A program made the position numbers and the translations under genes. 64,000 nt of DNA from a bacterium. Lineage in GTDB: Bacteria > SAR324 > NAC60-12. This document shows, one piece after another, positions 18,892 to 29,484 of this stretch. The stretch's first letter is position 1; each line of letters opens with the position of its first letter. The DNA is taken from contig CBDDTI010000747.1 of the NCBI GenBank assembly GCA_965233585.1, forward strand, positions 256,001-320,000, given 5' to 3'. The notes beneath the pieces were generated by a model, which saw only the letters and a list, made by a program, of their open reading frames with translations, was not told the origin of the DNA and did no database searches.

Positions 18892-21438
18892 ATGACCTCA
18901 TTGAAAAACTTGACCCTTGTTTTGTTGCTGATACTGCTTTTACCAAGTATCAGCTATTCAGAATCCAGCGGGCAAAGGCTCAAACGCATTCTCAAATCTT
19001 TTGAAATCTACCCAACACACTGGCTGCCTCATATCCAACTTGCTCGCTTTTATCTTGAGCAAGGCTCATTGTCTCTGGCAATCAAAACTTTGCAAGACTC
19101 CGCTGCCAAATTTCCTGACCACATTCCAATCAAGCAAGAGATGGCAAGACTTTATCAGCAAATTGGCTCAAGTCAAGAAGCACTGAAAATTTACCAAGAT
19201 TTGCAACAACGTTTCCCAAAGGATCAAGACATTTTCTTGCAATACATTAAATTACTTATCAGCATGAACAGAGTCAGGCAAGCAGAAAGTCAATTAGTGC
19301 AATTTCTTGATGAGAAGCCAAACTCTTTCCAAGCCTTACTGTTGATGGGGACGTTGAAGTATCGGCAAAAGAGGAATCAAGAAGCATTAGCTTACCTCTT
19401 GCGTTCAGCAACACTTCGCAGTAGTAGTGAAACGTGGCGTTGGTTAAGTCTGGTTTGGTATCAACTTCGGCAAGTAGATTCTGCCATTAAAGCTGCTGAG
19501 GAGTCTCTGCGTTTGAATCCGACAGAAGCTGTTACAGTTGAGCTTTACACCGAATATCTGTACGTTGCCAAAAAGTTTGACAAACTTGGAAAAATCCTTG
19601 TTCAATCCCAAGAACGTTTCGGTCAGGAAACTTGGTTTCTCATCGCAAAAGGCTCTTATGCTTTTGAAGTTGGTCAATTTGCAGAAGCTGAAGAAGCCTT
19701 TGCCAAGGCTTATCGTCTTGAGCCAACAGAGTTAAAAGTCGTCTTAGCATTAAGCACTTTTTATATTAAACAAAAGCAACTTGATGAAAACATTACCATC
19801 TTACAAAAAAGTTTAACGCATCACCGAAATAGCGAAATTTACCGCAGAATTGCAACAAGCTACAAATTGCTTGGGCAATTCAAAAATGCTAATCGCTATT
19901 ATGAGCTGTTGGTCAACACCGAAAGAAGCCATGCACAAGATTTTTTAAATGCCGCACAACTGGCATGGGTGACAAAAGATTTTTTAAATGCAGAATTTTA
20001 CTTGATGCAGGGAACTCTCAAGTTTCCTCAATCCCTTCCTCTAGGACTTGAACTGGCAAGGTTTTACATCTTAGAACAAAGACCTGATGACGCACGCCCT
20101 GTCTTTGAACAACTTAAAACCAAGCATTCGCAAAATCCACTGGTCTTGGCACTTTTTGGACTATTTGAAAAATCGCAAAAACAACTTGAATCCAGTGCAA
20201 CTTTATTTCAAAGTGCATCTCTTTGGGACCCTAAACTGCTTTGGGTGAGGGGTGAGTATATCTCAGTTTTGTTGGACTTAAAAAAGACCAAAGAAGCCAT
20301 CAAAGAGCTGAAAAGTTTGATTCGTGATGTGCCAAAAAATGTTTGGGCATATCACCGATTGCACCAGTTGTATTTAGAACAGAATCAAGACTTTCAAGCC
20401 AAGTCATTACAAGAACAAGCCAGTCTTTTTTTGGGAGATGGTCATGTTGTGACGCTAGAACTTCAAGCAAACTTTGCCTTCTCACAAAAAAAATATGCTG
20501 AGGCTCTTGAACTCTATCAGTTGATTTTGTGGCAAGAACCGACGAATCAAGGTGTGATGAGGCACATTGGATTTTCACAATTTCACCTTGGCGAACTGGA
20601 AAAAGCCCAAGAATTTTTGAAGGCAGGGCTTGAGTTTAGAAGCATTAATACAGAATACTGGCTTTATTGGGGGGCAATCCAAGAAGACCAAAATTGGCTC
20701 AACGCTCAACAACAAAAACGACTCAGAAATCTGTTACAAACGACATCTTTTCAAGAAAGGCTAGCTATTTTTGAAAAGATGCCATTCCCTGACACAGACT
20801 CTCAAACGGCGTGGAGCGAGGTGTTTCATGGTCTCATGGCTCAACAAGAAGACGACTTACAAACAGCTAGAAAACACTATCAAAATGCTAACAAACTCTT
20901 GCCAAACCAAGCTATTGTTCTTGCACTTCTTGGAATTGTTGCAGACCAATCTGAAAAGCCACTTGAGGCGATTCAATACTACAAAGATGCAAGCATTGCC
21001 GATGATTTGTGGTTGAAGACAAGGCTTGCTATGTTACTGGGAGAAGTTGGTGAATTTGAAGAAGGGATTGAGATTTTTCAAAGTTTGTTGCAGGGTCATC
21101 CGCAGGAAGCCTCTTTGCTCAACAACATTGCATGGCTTCAGATTACCCGACCAGATGTTTCTGACCAAACACGTAAAGAAGCCCTGAAGTTGGCGACGCA
21201 AGCTGTCAAACTTGTGCCTTCTCCTGAATATTTAGACACATTGGCAGAAGCCTACTTTCAGCTAGGAGACATAGAAAAAGCGCTTGAACTGATTGAGCAA
21301 GCTCAAAAGCAAAGTTTCCGTGAAACTGAACAATATTTTTACATGTTAAGACAGTCTTACAGATTTTTAAAATCCACTCCCGCTCAACCGCCTTCTAACC
21401 CAACCTACCAAAATTTTAAAAAAGAAACTGATGATTGA
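18892..21438 (+). CDS. Large exported TPR-repeat protein
   Basis: Signal peptide after Met 18892, tandem TPR helices, C-terminal 'LNNIAW...YLDTLAEAYF'. Confidence 0.85.
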   Translation: MTSLKNLTLVLLLILLLPSISYSESSGQRLKRILKSFEIYPTHWLPHIQLARFYLEQGSLSLAIKTLQDSAAKFPDHIPIKQEMARLYQQIGSSQEALKIYQDLQQRFPKDQDIFLQYIKLLISMNRVRQAESQLVQFLDEKPNSFQALLLMGTLKYRQKRNQEALAYLLRSATLRSSSETWRWLSLVWYQLRQVDSAIKAAEESLRLNPTEAVTVELYTEYLYVAKKFDKLGKILVQSQERFGQETWFLIAKGSYAFEVGQFAEAEEAFAKAYRLEPTELKVVLALSTFYIKQKQLDENITILQKSLTHHRNSEIYRRIATSYKLLGQFKNANRYYELLVNTERSHAQDFLNAAQLAWVTKDFLNAEFYLMQGTLKFPQSLPLGLELARFYILEQRPDDARPVFEQLKTKHSQNPLVLALFGLFEKSQKQLESSATLFQSASLWDPKLLWVRGEYISVLLDLKKTKEAIKELKSLIRDVPKNVWAYHRLHQLYLEQNQDFQAKSLQEQASLFLGDGHVVTLELQANFAFSQKKYAEALELYQLILWQEPTNQGVMRHIGFSQFHLGELEKAQEFLKAGLEFRSINTEYWLYWGAIQEDQNWLNAQQQKRLRNLLQTTSFQERLAIFEKMPFPDTDSQTAWSEVFHGLMAQQEDDLQTARKHYQNANKLLPNQAIVLALLGIVADQSEKPLEAIQYYKDASIADDLWLKTRLAMLLGEVGEFEEGIEIFQSLLQGHPQEASLLNNIAWLQITRPDVSDQTRKEALKLATQAVKLVPSPEYLDTLAEAYFQLGDIEKALELIEQAQKQSFRETEQYFYMLRQSYRFLKSTPAQPPSNPTYQNFKKETDD

Positions 21439-22282
21439 CCCAGCTCTTTTACAACAAGCCAGACAGATTCAATGGACTGCAAGGCACATTGCAACTGCAC
21501 AGTTGCAAGGGAATTATCATAGTTTTTTTAAGGGAACAGGAATGGAATTTTCTCAATCCCGTGAATACATTGAAGGAGACGATGCTCGTCATTTGGATTG
21601 GAACGTGACAGCTAGAATGGGCAAACCGTTTGTCAAACAATACCAAGAAGAGCGGGAGATTGTCCTCATGCTTGCCATTGACGTGAGCAGAAGCAATCAG
21701 TTTGGGACAAAATCACGTTTCAAAAATGAACTCATCGCAGAATTTGCCGCTGTGATTGCTTATGCTGCGATGGATAATGGAGATAAAGTGGGTTTGATTG
21801 CATTTTCTGACCAAATTGAGGCTTATCTGAAACCTTGTCGCGGAAGTGTTGCTGTTTGGCAAGTCATTCGCACCATTTTACAAATTCAACCTCAACAACA
21901 TGCCGCAGATTTAAATGTAGGTCTTAACTTTTTACATACCTCTTTAAAATCTCATACAAATTTATTTCTCATTTCAGATTTTTTAGCAACAGATTTTGAG
22001 AAAAACCTATCTGCTTTGAGACAAAGGCATCATATCACAGCTATTATGGCATCAGATTCGGCAGAACAATCTTTGCCTAACATTGGAGAATTGACCTTTA
22101 AAGACCAAGAAACAGGGCATCTGGTTTCTGTTGCAACAGGAGCTTTTTTGAAAAGCCGTCACAATTCTATCCAACAGTTGCAACAGTTTTTTAAATCGTA
22201 CAAAATTGATTTTTTGCAGATCTACCCAGACCAACCCTACATGAATGACTTGCTCAAACTTTTTCATTCAAAGGCTAGCTAG
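21431..22282 (+). CDS. DUF58 protein (MoxR/VWA-associated)
   Basis: 'FKGTGMEFSQSREY..GDDARHLDWNVTAR', 'LISDF'. Confidence 0.92.
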   Translation: MIDPALLQQARQIQWTARHIATAQLQGNYHSFFKGTGMEFSQSREYIEGDDARHLDWNVTARMGKPFVKQYQEEREIVLMLAIDVSRSNQFGTKSRFKNELIAEFAAVIAYAAMDNGDKVGLIAFSDQIEAYLKPCRGSVAVWQVIRTILQIQPQQHAADLNVGLNFLHTSLKSHTNLFLISDFLATDFEKNLSALRQRHHITAIMASDSAEQSLPNIGELTFKDQETGHLVSVATGAFLKSRHNSIQQLQQFFKSYKIDFLQIYPDQPYMNDLLKLFHSKAS

Positions 22283-22335
22283 GTCAAAAAACACAATCAA
22301 GCACAATAAACTTGAAAAATCTAAGTTGCTAGGCA

Positions 22336-23184
22336 ATGAACCAATTAAATCAGAATCAATATCATAATAAAATTATTCATGGAGATACTTTAGAGATAAT
22401 ACAAAATATTGCTGATGATTCTATAAATTTAATTCTAACCAGTCCTCCTTATTTTGGCGCAAGAGTCTATGGTAATGAAACATTGGGCAGAGAAGAAAAC
22501 CCAAGAGACTACATTGAAAATTTATTAAAATTCACTTTAGAGTTTAAAAGAGTTCTACACAGAGAAGGTTCTTTTTATCTCAATATAGGAGATATGTATT
22601 TTGGTACAAAAGGTTTTGTCAGAAACAAGGGAAAATACGCAAGAAAAACAGATAAGCATTATAAAGAACATAAAATCATAAAGCCTGATGGAAAATATTT
22701 GCAAAATAAACAGTTATTGATGTTGCCTGAAAGGGTAGCAATAGGTATGCAAGAACAAGGCTGGATTTTAAGAAATAAAATTATATGGGAAAAACCTAAT
22801 CCTGTTCCAAGTTATTCTCCAGATAGACGCTACCCTGTGTATGAGCATTTTTTTCATTTTGTTAAATCAAGGAAATATTACTTTGATTTGAATAAAGCAA
22901 AAGAATTAAACCATCATAGAGATGTGATCAGAAATGGGATAGAACCTTTTAAAAAACATCAAGCAACTTTCCCTTTGTCTTTAATAAAACCTTTCATCTT
23001 AATCACTTCCAAAAAAAGTGATTTGGTGTTGGATCCTTTCATGGGGAGTGGCACTACAGCATTGGCTTGTGTAGAATTAGAAAGAAATTACTTAGGTTTT
23101 GAGATAAATAAAGAATATTGTCAGTATTCCATAGAACAAATCAAAAATGCTGTGGAAAGTAAAGAAAATCAACTCTTTAAATAG
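22336..23184 (+). CDS. Beta-class amino DNA methyltransferase (probably N4-cytosine)
   Basis: Catalytic 'TSPPY' near the N-terminus, 'HQATFP', SAM-binding 'DPFMGSGTT' near the C-terminus; more AT-rich than the flanks. Confidence 0.9.
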   Translation: MNQLNQNQYHNKIIHGDTLEIIQNIADDSINLILTSPPYFGARVYGNETLGREENPRDYIENLLKFTLEFKRVLHREGSFYLNIGDMYFGTKGFVRNKGKYARKTDKHYKEHKIIKPDGKYLQNKQLLMLPERVAIGMQEQGWILRNKIIWEKPNPVPSYSPDRRYPVYEHFFHFVKSRKYYFDLNKAKELNHHRDVIRNGIEPFKKHQATFPLSLIKPFILITSKKSDLVLDPFMGSGTTALACVELERNYLGFEINKEYCQYSIEQIKNAVESKENQLFK

Positions 23185-23185
23185 T

Positions 23186-24319
23186 ATGATTATCCATTCT
23201 TTTAGTGAGACACAAGTCAATTTGTATGTTAAATATATTCAATGTATTGCTTCATTGTCAGGCTTATTTAGTGAAAGTAAAACTCCATTTTTGCATTATA
23301 GAACAGCAGAGAATATTTTTTGTAAATCGTTTAATGCAGAGAATTTATCAAGAATGGATACTGCGTATGATGCAAAATTAGATTCAATAGGAATCGGATT
23401 AAAAACATTTCATTTTTCCAGCAATAAAAGTAGAGAAAAAATAGCTGAATTTAATACACATAGCCACGATTTGAGAAAACTTAATAACGATGATTTAGTT
23501 AAAAATCTGGCATATTTAAGAAACGAAAGAATTTCTTTTGCGAATAGAACATACGGAATTAAAGAATCTATTTATCATTGTTTAGGAAGACAAGAAAACT
23601 CTATCAAGATATTTGAAACTGAATACAAAAAAATAGATATAAATACTATAAAAAACATAAAAAGAGAAAAATCAAGTTTATTTTTTGAAGATAGTGAAAA
23701 TGAATACTCTTATAATTTTTCCAAAAGTACACTTTATCGCAAATTTTACTCTCAACCTGACTCAATAGATGTTCCTATACACATTATCAAAGACCCCTAT
23801 GATTTGATATTAAAACTACTTGACAATTATACAGAAAAGCAAGCGAGGTTAGAAAATGTCATTCTACCGCTATACGCCACTAGAAATACAAGAGAAAAAA
23901 AAGTACAAGAGAAAAGTGCCTTAAACCATTGGAATGCTGGAGGAAGAAAACGAAATTTTGGAGAAGTCTATATTCCTATCCCCAGAAAAATATATCAATT
24001 TTATCCTAATTTTTTCCCAACCCTAGATAGCACATTTAATCTTATTTTACCTGATAAAAATGAACTAAGTTGCAAAGTCTGTCAAGAAGGAGGCAAGGCT
24101 TTAATGTCCAATCCCAATCATGCACTATCCGAATGGCTTTTGAGAAAAGTATTGCTGCTTAAAGAAGGGGAGTTATTGACTTATGAACACCTTAGAAAAA
24201 TAGGAATAGACAGCGTTAAAATCACAAAAATAAATGAAAAAAACTTTAAAATTGACTTTGCTAAAATAGGTAGTTATGAAAATTTTATTTTAAACCCAAG
24301 TGGCTGGGCATTGTTTTGA
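23186..24319 (+). CDS. Restriction endonuclease, NgoFVII-family C-terminal domain with a PD-(D/E)xK-like N-terminus
   Basis: 'ENIFCKSFNAENLSR.D.AYDAK...GIGLKTF' and 'LPLY...EKSALNHWNAGGRKR..GEVYIPIP...CQEGGKALMSNPN'; begins 1 nt after the MTase stop. Confidence 0.75.
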   Translation: MIIHSFSETQVNLYVKYIQCIASLSGLFSESKTPFLHYRTAENIFCKSFNAENLSRMDTAYDAKLDSIGIGLKTFHFSSNKSREKIAEFNTHSHDLRKLNNDDLVKNLAYLRNERISFANRTYGIKESIYHCLGRQENSIKIFETEYKKIDINTIKNIKREKSSLFFEDSENEYSYNFSKSTLYRKFYSQPDSIDVPIHIIKDPYDLILKLLDNYTEKQARLENVILPLYATRNTREKKVQEKSALNHWNAGGRKRNFGEVYIPIPRKIYQFYPNFFPTLDSTFNLILPDKNELSCKVCQEGGKALMSNPNHALSEWLLRKVLLLKEGELLTYEHLRKIGIDSVKITKINEKNFKIDFAKIGSYENFILNPSGWALF

Positions 24320-24411
24320 GAATGTTGACTTAAAGAGTGATACCAGAACATGACAACAACAAGAACCAAATCAATTATCAATAATCAAATCACTTACTTA
24401 AAAGGAGTTTT

Positions 24412-25440
24412 ATGGACAATCTGATGCAATCCTTAGTGAATGGGCACAACCTAGCACCCAAAGAGGTGCGTCAAATACTCAATCTGATGATGGAAGGGAA
24501 ACTCAACCCAATCAAAGCTGGGGCGTATCTTGCGCTGTTAGAAGCCAAAGGAGTTACAACTGAAGAGCTACAACATGCCATCTCTGCAATCTTGGAAAAA
24601 GCAGTCGCATTCAAAAAATTGCGTCCTGAAGCCATTGACACAGCAGGGACAGGGGGCAGTGGAATCAGTACCTTTAATATTTCAACATGTGCGGCGATTG
24701 CAGCAGCAGCCGCAGGGTTGCCAATCATCAAACATGGTAATCATAGTAACACTCGTGTCAGTGGCAGTGCCGATGTTCTCAAAACATTAGGAGTGAACAT
24801 TGATTTGACAGTGGAACAGGTAGAACAATGCTTTGACAAATTGAGCCTCTGTTTTTGCTATGCCATGAAACATCATCTTGCTATGGCAAATTGTGCAACA
24901 GTCCGCAAAGAGTTAGAAATCAACACCATTTTTAATTTGATTGGACCTTTGGCAAATCCTGCAGGGTCTAAAAATCAATTAATTGGTGTCTGCCACGCCT
25001 CAACAGCAAGTAAAATCATTCATGCGTTAACCAATCTTGGACACGAAAGAGTCATGGTCGTCAGCAATGATGACGGCTTGTGTGAGCTGACAACCACTTC
25101 ACTCAATGAACTTTTAATCTTGGAAGAAGGCACTATCTCTTCACGTAGGATTGATGCCAACGTTTTGGGACTTGGAGGGGGGAGTTTGCAAGAATGCTGT
25201 GTTTCTTCCCCCGCAGAGAGTGCCAAGATGATTTTGCGTATTTTTGAAGGTCAAGACACAGGCACTCCTTTTAAAATCGCATTGCTTAATATTGCCGCAA
25301 CTCTTGTTTTAGGAAAAAAAGTAGAGGATTTTGCAGACGGGATAGACCTTGCTAGAGACCTCATTAAAAATGGTCATGCTATGCAAAAACTACAAGATTT
25401 GATTCGCTACACAACCGAGATTGGGGACTCAAACTGTTGA
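24412..25440 (+). CDS. trpD: Anthranilate phosphoribosyltransferase
   Basis: 'DTAGTGG..TFNIST', 'KHGN..SGSADVL', 'TIFNLIGPLANPA'. Confidence 0.95.
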   Translation: MDNLMQSLVNGHNLAPKEVRQILNLMMEGKLNPIKAGAYLALLEAKGVTTEELQHAISAILEKAVAFKKLRPEAIDTAGTGGSGISTFNISTCAAIAAAAAGLPIIKHGNHSNTRVSGSADVLKTLGVNIDLTVEQVEQCFDKLSLCFCYAMKHHLAMANCATVRKELEINTIFNLIGPLANPAGSKNQLIGVCHASTASKIIHALTNLGHERVMVVSNDDGLCELTTTSLNELLILEEGTISSRRIDANVLGLGGGSLQECCVSSPAESAKMILRIFEGQDTGTPFKIALLNIAATLVLGKKVEDFADGIDLARDLIKNGHAMQKLQDLIRYTTEIGDSNC

Positions 25441-25818
25441 TGGTGAGTAAATCATTGCATAAGCAATGAAAACCCATGAGACAATGAAGCACAACCCGCC
25501 AATCGGAGTGATTGCCCCCAATATCTTGACTCCACTGATGGCTAGAATATACAAACTGCCTGAAAAGACCATGATACCTGAAAACATGAGCCAACCTGAC
25601 ACACGCAACAGGCTCAATTCAGGGCGAAGCATCAACAATACCCCAACCAATGCTAAGCCGAAGGTGTAATAGAATTGATATTGATTTGCAATTTGAAAAA
25701 CAGACATGGCATAGTCTGAAAGCCTACCTTTCAAAGCATGTGAACCAAAAGCCCCCAAACCTGTTGCCAATAGACCATTCAGCGATGCTAAGACTAAAAA
25801 AAGACGATAACTCTCCAT
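25429..25818 (-). CDS. DUF423 (YgdD/TMEM256) membrane protein
   Basis: 'LGAFGSHALK', 'YQFY', 'FSGSLY', 'LGAITPIGG'. Confidence 0.9.
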   Translation of the reverse strand: MESYRLFLVLASLNGLLATGLGAFGSHALKGRLSDYAMSVFQIANQYQFYYTFGLALVGVLLMLRPELSLLRVSGWLMFSGIMVFSGSLYILAISGVKILGAITPIGGLCFIVSWVFIAYAMIYSPSTV

Positions 25819-25822
25819 GACT

Positions 25823-26392
25823 TTACGCTCTAATGGCGACACCTTTAGGTTGTGGTTGACTGACAATGTTGACCGTATCAAGCATGCCAAACATCAGCTT
25901 CTCTTCTCCGTGACGCTTCATCATGTCTGCAAAAGAAAGATGCACTGCTTCTGTGGATTCCATCAGTTCTGCAAATTTGTTGTTTTTTAACAAATCCAAG
26001 ACAGCATCACTGGTTTCAGGTTCTGCAAGCATGTCAGGCAACTCTTCGCCAAGTTCTCCAATACTTGAAAGCCCTAGCTTCTCAAATTCAGGAAGTTGCT
26101 CAAGCTGTTGAATGGCACTATGATTCAGCTCACTCAAACGTGTTTCAATGGCTTTGGAAAGTTGATTGGCAGCCGCATCTGGTAGCTCATCATTTTTAAT
26201 CACGTTTTCATAGCTTGAAATGATGAGTGCATACGTGCGTGGCATAATCACCGATGGCACTTTTGCAGGCAGAGTGACAGCTTGTTTGGTTGGGGTTGTT
26301 TGAGATTTGGTTGGCAAATTTTGCCGTTTTGCCGTAAGATTGGAAACCTGCGGTTGTTCAGGTTTGGGTTGTCCATATTGGGGAAGTTTCAT
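25823..26392 (-). CDS. Hypothetical protein
   Basis: 189-aa ORF with a P/Q-rich N-terminus and a GGAG RBS upstream; no family recognised. Confidence 0.65.
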   Translation of the reverse strand: MKLPQYGQPKPEQPQVSNLTAKRQNLPTKSQTTPTKQAVTLPAKVPSVIMPRTYALIISSYENVIKNDELPDAAANQLSKAIETRLSELNHSAIQQLEQLPEFEKLGLSSIGELGEELPDMLAEPETSDAVLDLLKNNKFAELMESTEAVHLSFADMMKRHGEEKLMFGMLDTVNIVSQPQPKGVAIRA

Positions 26393-26502
26393 AATTGACT
26401 CCGATTAAGATTAACCTGAATCTCTTAAATGCAAAGCATTGACCAAAAGCTCAAGTTTTTGCTTCAAATTCCGAAAACTCACTTACAACACAATCAGCAT
26501 TC

Positions 26503-26964
26503 ATGGATTTTTCAAAACTATTTATCTTTCAGCAAAAAACGACACTCACTTCAGGACGATTTTATTGGATTCAAATCAAGCTGTACAGCTATCAGATTAA
26601 TGAAGTAGAGCGATTTAGGAAAAACAGGACACTCCATATTTTAGGCTATCTTGATGACCATGCTACTGTGCATTATTTTCATGGTCTTCAAAATGAGTTT
26701 TCAGCTCATTCTTCTTTGGCTGAATTGGCAACGATTGCAGGATTTTATGATTGGGAGTTTCAAGAATTAGATCATCACTTCGCCTTGCAAATCGCAGGAG
26801 AACGAATGACTAAACCAAACGAAAAACTCTTCCAAAAGTTGATAGTGGAGTTTTTACCCTCTTCACAGTCAGCTACTGGAAAAGAATACTGTCTTGAAGA
26901 GTTGTTGATTGATTATCACAAAATGGTCAATTATGCAGAGCTTCAAGCCCATCATTCTTCTTGA
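26503..26964 (+). CDS. Hypothetical protein
   Basis: 153-aa ORF filling the gap; no family recognised. Confidence 0.55.
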   Translation: MDFSKLFIFQQKTTLTSGRFYWIQIKLYSYQINEVERFRKNRTLHILGYLDDHATVHYFHGLQNEFSAHSSLAELATIAGFYDWEFQELDHHFALQIAGERMTKPNEKLFQKLIVEFLPSSQSATGKEYCLEELLIDYHKMVNYAELQAHHSS

Positions 26965-27338
26965 GGTTCAAGCACTCTGCCAAAGGTGATGCGATAACGC
27001 ATGCCTTTGTTGGAGACGTTTCTTGCACGGGAACGTTCTATGGCTTGTTGGTCTCGTTCTTTTTGACGTTGCCTGACTTGAGAATAGATTGCTTCTTTTT
27101 TTTCTCGTTCCCTCCGTGCAGGATTGTTCCATTTCGTCTTAGGTTTTACTTCATTGACACGTTGTGAATCGTATTCATATTTACGCATGAAGCAAACATA
27201 GTTTTTTTTGGGAATCAATCCAAATTGCCTGTCGCATGGTTCAGGTTTTGGCAGGTTTGGGTCAGCCGCTTCCTGTGCGAAGGCACGAAAAAATGAAATA
27301 TCAAGAAAAATCAAAACAATGCTAAAATATCTCAACAT
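26952..27338 (-). CDS. Hypothetical exported protein
   Basis: Signal-peptide-like 'MLRYFSIVLIFL...AFA/QE' and a charged helical body. Confidence 0.5.
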   Translation of the reverse strand: MLRYFSIVLIFLDISFFRAFAQEAADPNLPKPEPCDRQFGLIPKKNYVCFMRKYEYDSQRVNEVKPKTKWNNPARREREKKEAIYSQVRQRQKERDQQAIERSRARNVSNKGMRYRITFGRVLEPQEE

Positions 27339-27747
27339 CTTTTTGAAACTGTGGATTTTGGTGATTTTTAATTTAGGCTCGTCTGTTTTGGCTCAACAAG
27401 AGGCTATGCAAGAACCCCGCCCTTTAACCTATGCAGAACTCAAAGCCTTGTCTCTTCAACAAGAAGCTGTCCGTTCAAGAGATGTGAAAAACTTCATTGA
27501 AACCATGCTGCAACAAGACGGAGACGCCATTCAAGCCGCACGTCAAAGACAACTCAAAAAATTTGCTGAAACCATTGAACAAATTGACGCAGAAAAGCAA
27601 AACGCCAAGCAACAAGAAAATCAACAAATTCAAGAACGTTACCTAAATTTTTTTAAAAGAGTCACCCAAAATCTGCCCCAGAAAGGAAAGCATCAAGATT
27701 ATTCATCATACAATCAACAATTCCGCAAACCAATCCAAAGACGTTAA
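27319..27747 (+). CDS. Hypothetical exported coiled-coil protein
   Basis: Signal-peptide-like start (ATG 27319 or TTG 27343) '...SVLA/QQE'; ends 10 nt before mnmA. Confidence 0.6.
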   Translation: MLKYLNIFLKLWILVIFNLGSSVLAQQEAMQEPRPLTYAELKALSLQQEAVRSRDVKNFIETMLQQDGDAIQAARQRQLKKFAETIEQIDAEKQNAKQQENQQIQERYLNFFKRVTQNLPQKGKHQDYSSYNQQFRKPIQRR

Positions 27748-27757
27748 TCCTAACATT

Positions 27758-28816
27758 ATGACACGTGTTGCTGTTGCTATGAGTGGCGGAGTAGATTCTG
27801 CTGTCTGTGCGGCATTGCTCAAAGAACAGGGCTATGACCTCATCGGACTGCATATGAAACTTTACGACATGCCCAACCAGACCAAGCAAGTCAAAAGTTG
27901 CTGTTCTCTTGATGAAGCCCTTGATGCACGAGCCATTTGCGACCAGCTAGAAATCCCGTTCTATGTCCTCAATTTTCAAGAATCCTTTCAAACACAAGTG
28001 ATTGATTATTTCATCAGCGGTTATGAGTCAGGCTTGACCCCAAACCCTTGTGTCATGTGCAATCGTCAAATCAAAAGCCAGTTATTGTTAGAAAGGGTCA
28101 ATGAGCTGGATTGCGATTATCTGGCAACGGGGCATTATGCTAAAATTACCCGCAGTGAAAAGCACCACATTCAACTTTGTCGTCCCAAAGACCGCCAAAA
28201 AGACCAAACCTATTTTCTGCATGGCATCACCTCCAAAGAACTTGCTCAATTCATGTTCCCTCTGGAAAACTTAGAAAAATCACAAGTACGAGACATCGCA
28301 TCAAAATATGGATTTGTTTCTGCACAAAAACCTGAAAGTCAAGAAATTTGCTTCGTGCCAAAAGATTATCGTGATTTTCTGAAAAAAAGACTGCCAAAGA
28401 TTAAAGAAGGCTCTTTTGTAGATACATCAGGACAGGTTTTAGGCACACATCGTGGATTGCCTTTTTACACGATTGGGCAACGCAAAGGGTTGGGGATTAG
28501 CGCCTCTGCTCCTTACTATGTTGTCAAACTTGATGCCAAACGCAATGAAGTTGTGCTTGGAAGACGTGAAGACACGGCATCGCAAAAGCTCAAAGTGGCA
28601 GGCGTCAACTGGCTTTCTATTGATGCCATCACTGAACCCATTCATGCCACTGTCAAACTTCGTTATGCACATCAAGGAGAACAAGCAACGATTACACCAA
28701 TCGGACGACATCGTGTTGCGATTGAGTTAGACAATCCTGTGCATGCCATCTCACCCGGGCAAGCCGCTGTTTTTTATCAAGATGAAATCGTTCTTGGAGG
28801 AGGTTGGATTTGTTGA
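27758..28816 (+). CDS. mnmA: tRNA-specific 2-thiouridylase MnmA
   Basis: 'AMSGGVDS', 'TPNPCVMCN', 'ATGHYA', 'KDQTYFL', 'ESQEICF', 'TIGQRKGLGI', 'PGQAAVFY'. Confidence 0.97.
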   Translation: MTRVAVAMSGGVDSAVCAALLKEQGYDLIGLHMKLYDMPNQTKQVKSCCSLDEALDARAICDQLEIPFYVLNFQESFQTQVIDYFISGYESGLTPNPCVMCNRQIKSQLLLERVNELDCDYLATGHYAKITRSEKHHIQLCRPKDRQKDQTYFLHGITSKELAQFMFPLENLEKSQVRDIASKYGFVSAQKPESQEICFVPKDYRDFLKKRLPKIKEGSFVDTSGQVLGTHRGLPFYTIGQRKGLGISASAPYYVVKLDAKRNEVVLGRREDTASQKLKVAGVNWLSIDAITEPIHATVKLRYAHQGEQATITPIGRHRVAIELDNPVHAISPGQAAVFYQDEIVLGGGWIC

Positions 28817-28947
28817 ATTTTGAAAGACAGTTTTTTTAAAATGAAAGTTTGCCTTTGGGCTTTAATCGCTAGAATCACTCATCAACAATGCTCCCTTAGG
28901 GGAGGAGTCAATTCAAGGCTATCAAATATACAATCTAGTCAAGCATT

Positions 28948-29445
28948 ATGAATATCATCATTATTGGTCCTATGGGCTGTGGAAAGACAAAAGTTGGGCG
29001 GGCTCTTGCCAAAAGTTTGGGATATGGATTTGTAGATTTAGACAAATACATTGAATCAACAGAGGGTCAGACCATCTCTGAAATTTTTAAGGAACATGGT
29101 GAAAACCACTTCCGACAATGTGAGACCCAAGCACTCTACGACTGTCAGCAGCTGCAAAACACTGTCATCGCAACAGGGGGAGGAATTGTAACACGAAAAG
29201 AGAACATGAAGCTGATGCAAAAAATTGGAACAACTCTTTATCTCAATGTGAAGTGGGAGATTCTGGCTGAACGAATCTTGAAAAAGGACAACCGTCCTTT
29301 GCTTAATGTGGAAAATCCAGAACAACGTGCCTTAGAAATCTTTCAAAACAGAAAAGAAAAATATGAATCTGCAGACACCACGATAACCATTGAACAGGAG
29401 CAACCTGTTGCTGAAACTGTCTCAATGGTCATAGCGAGTCTTTAG
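28948..29445 (+). CDS. aroK: Shikimate kinase
   Basis: 'GPMGCGKT', 'GENHFRQCE', 'IATGGG', 'RPLL'. Confidence 0.95.
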   Translation: MNIIIIGPMGCGKTKVGRALAKSLGYGFVDLDKYIESTEGQTISEIFKEHGENHFRQCETQALYDCQQLQNTVIATGGGIVTRKENMKLMQKIGTTLYLNVKWEILAERILKKDNRPLLNVENPEQRALEIFQNRKEKYESADTTITIEQEQPVAETVSMVIASL

Positions 29446-29484
29446 TTGATATTTGACCCCAATCCGTCAAAGTGAGGGAGGAGT

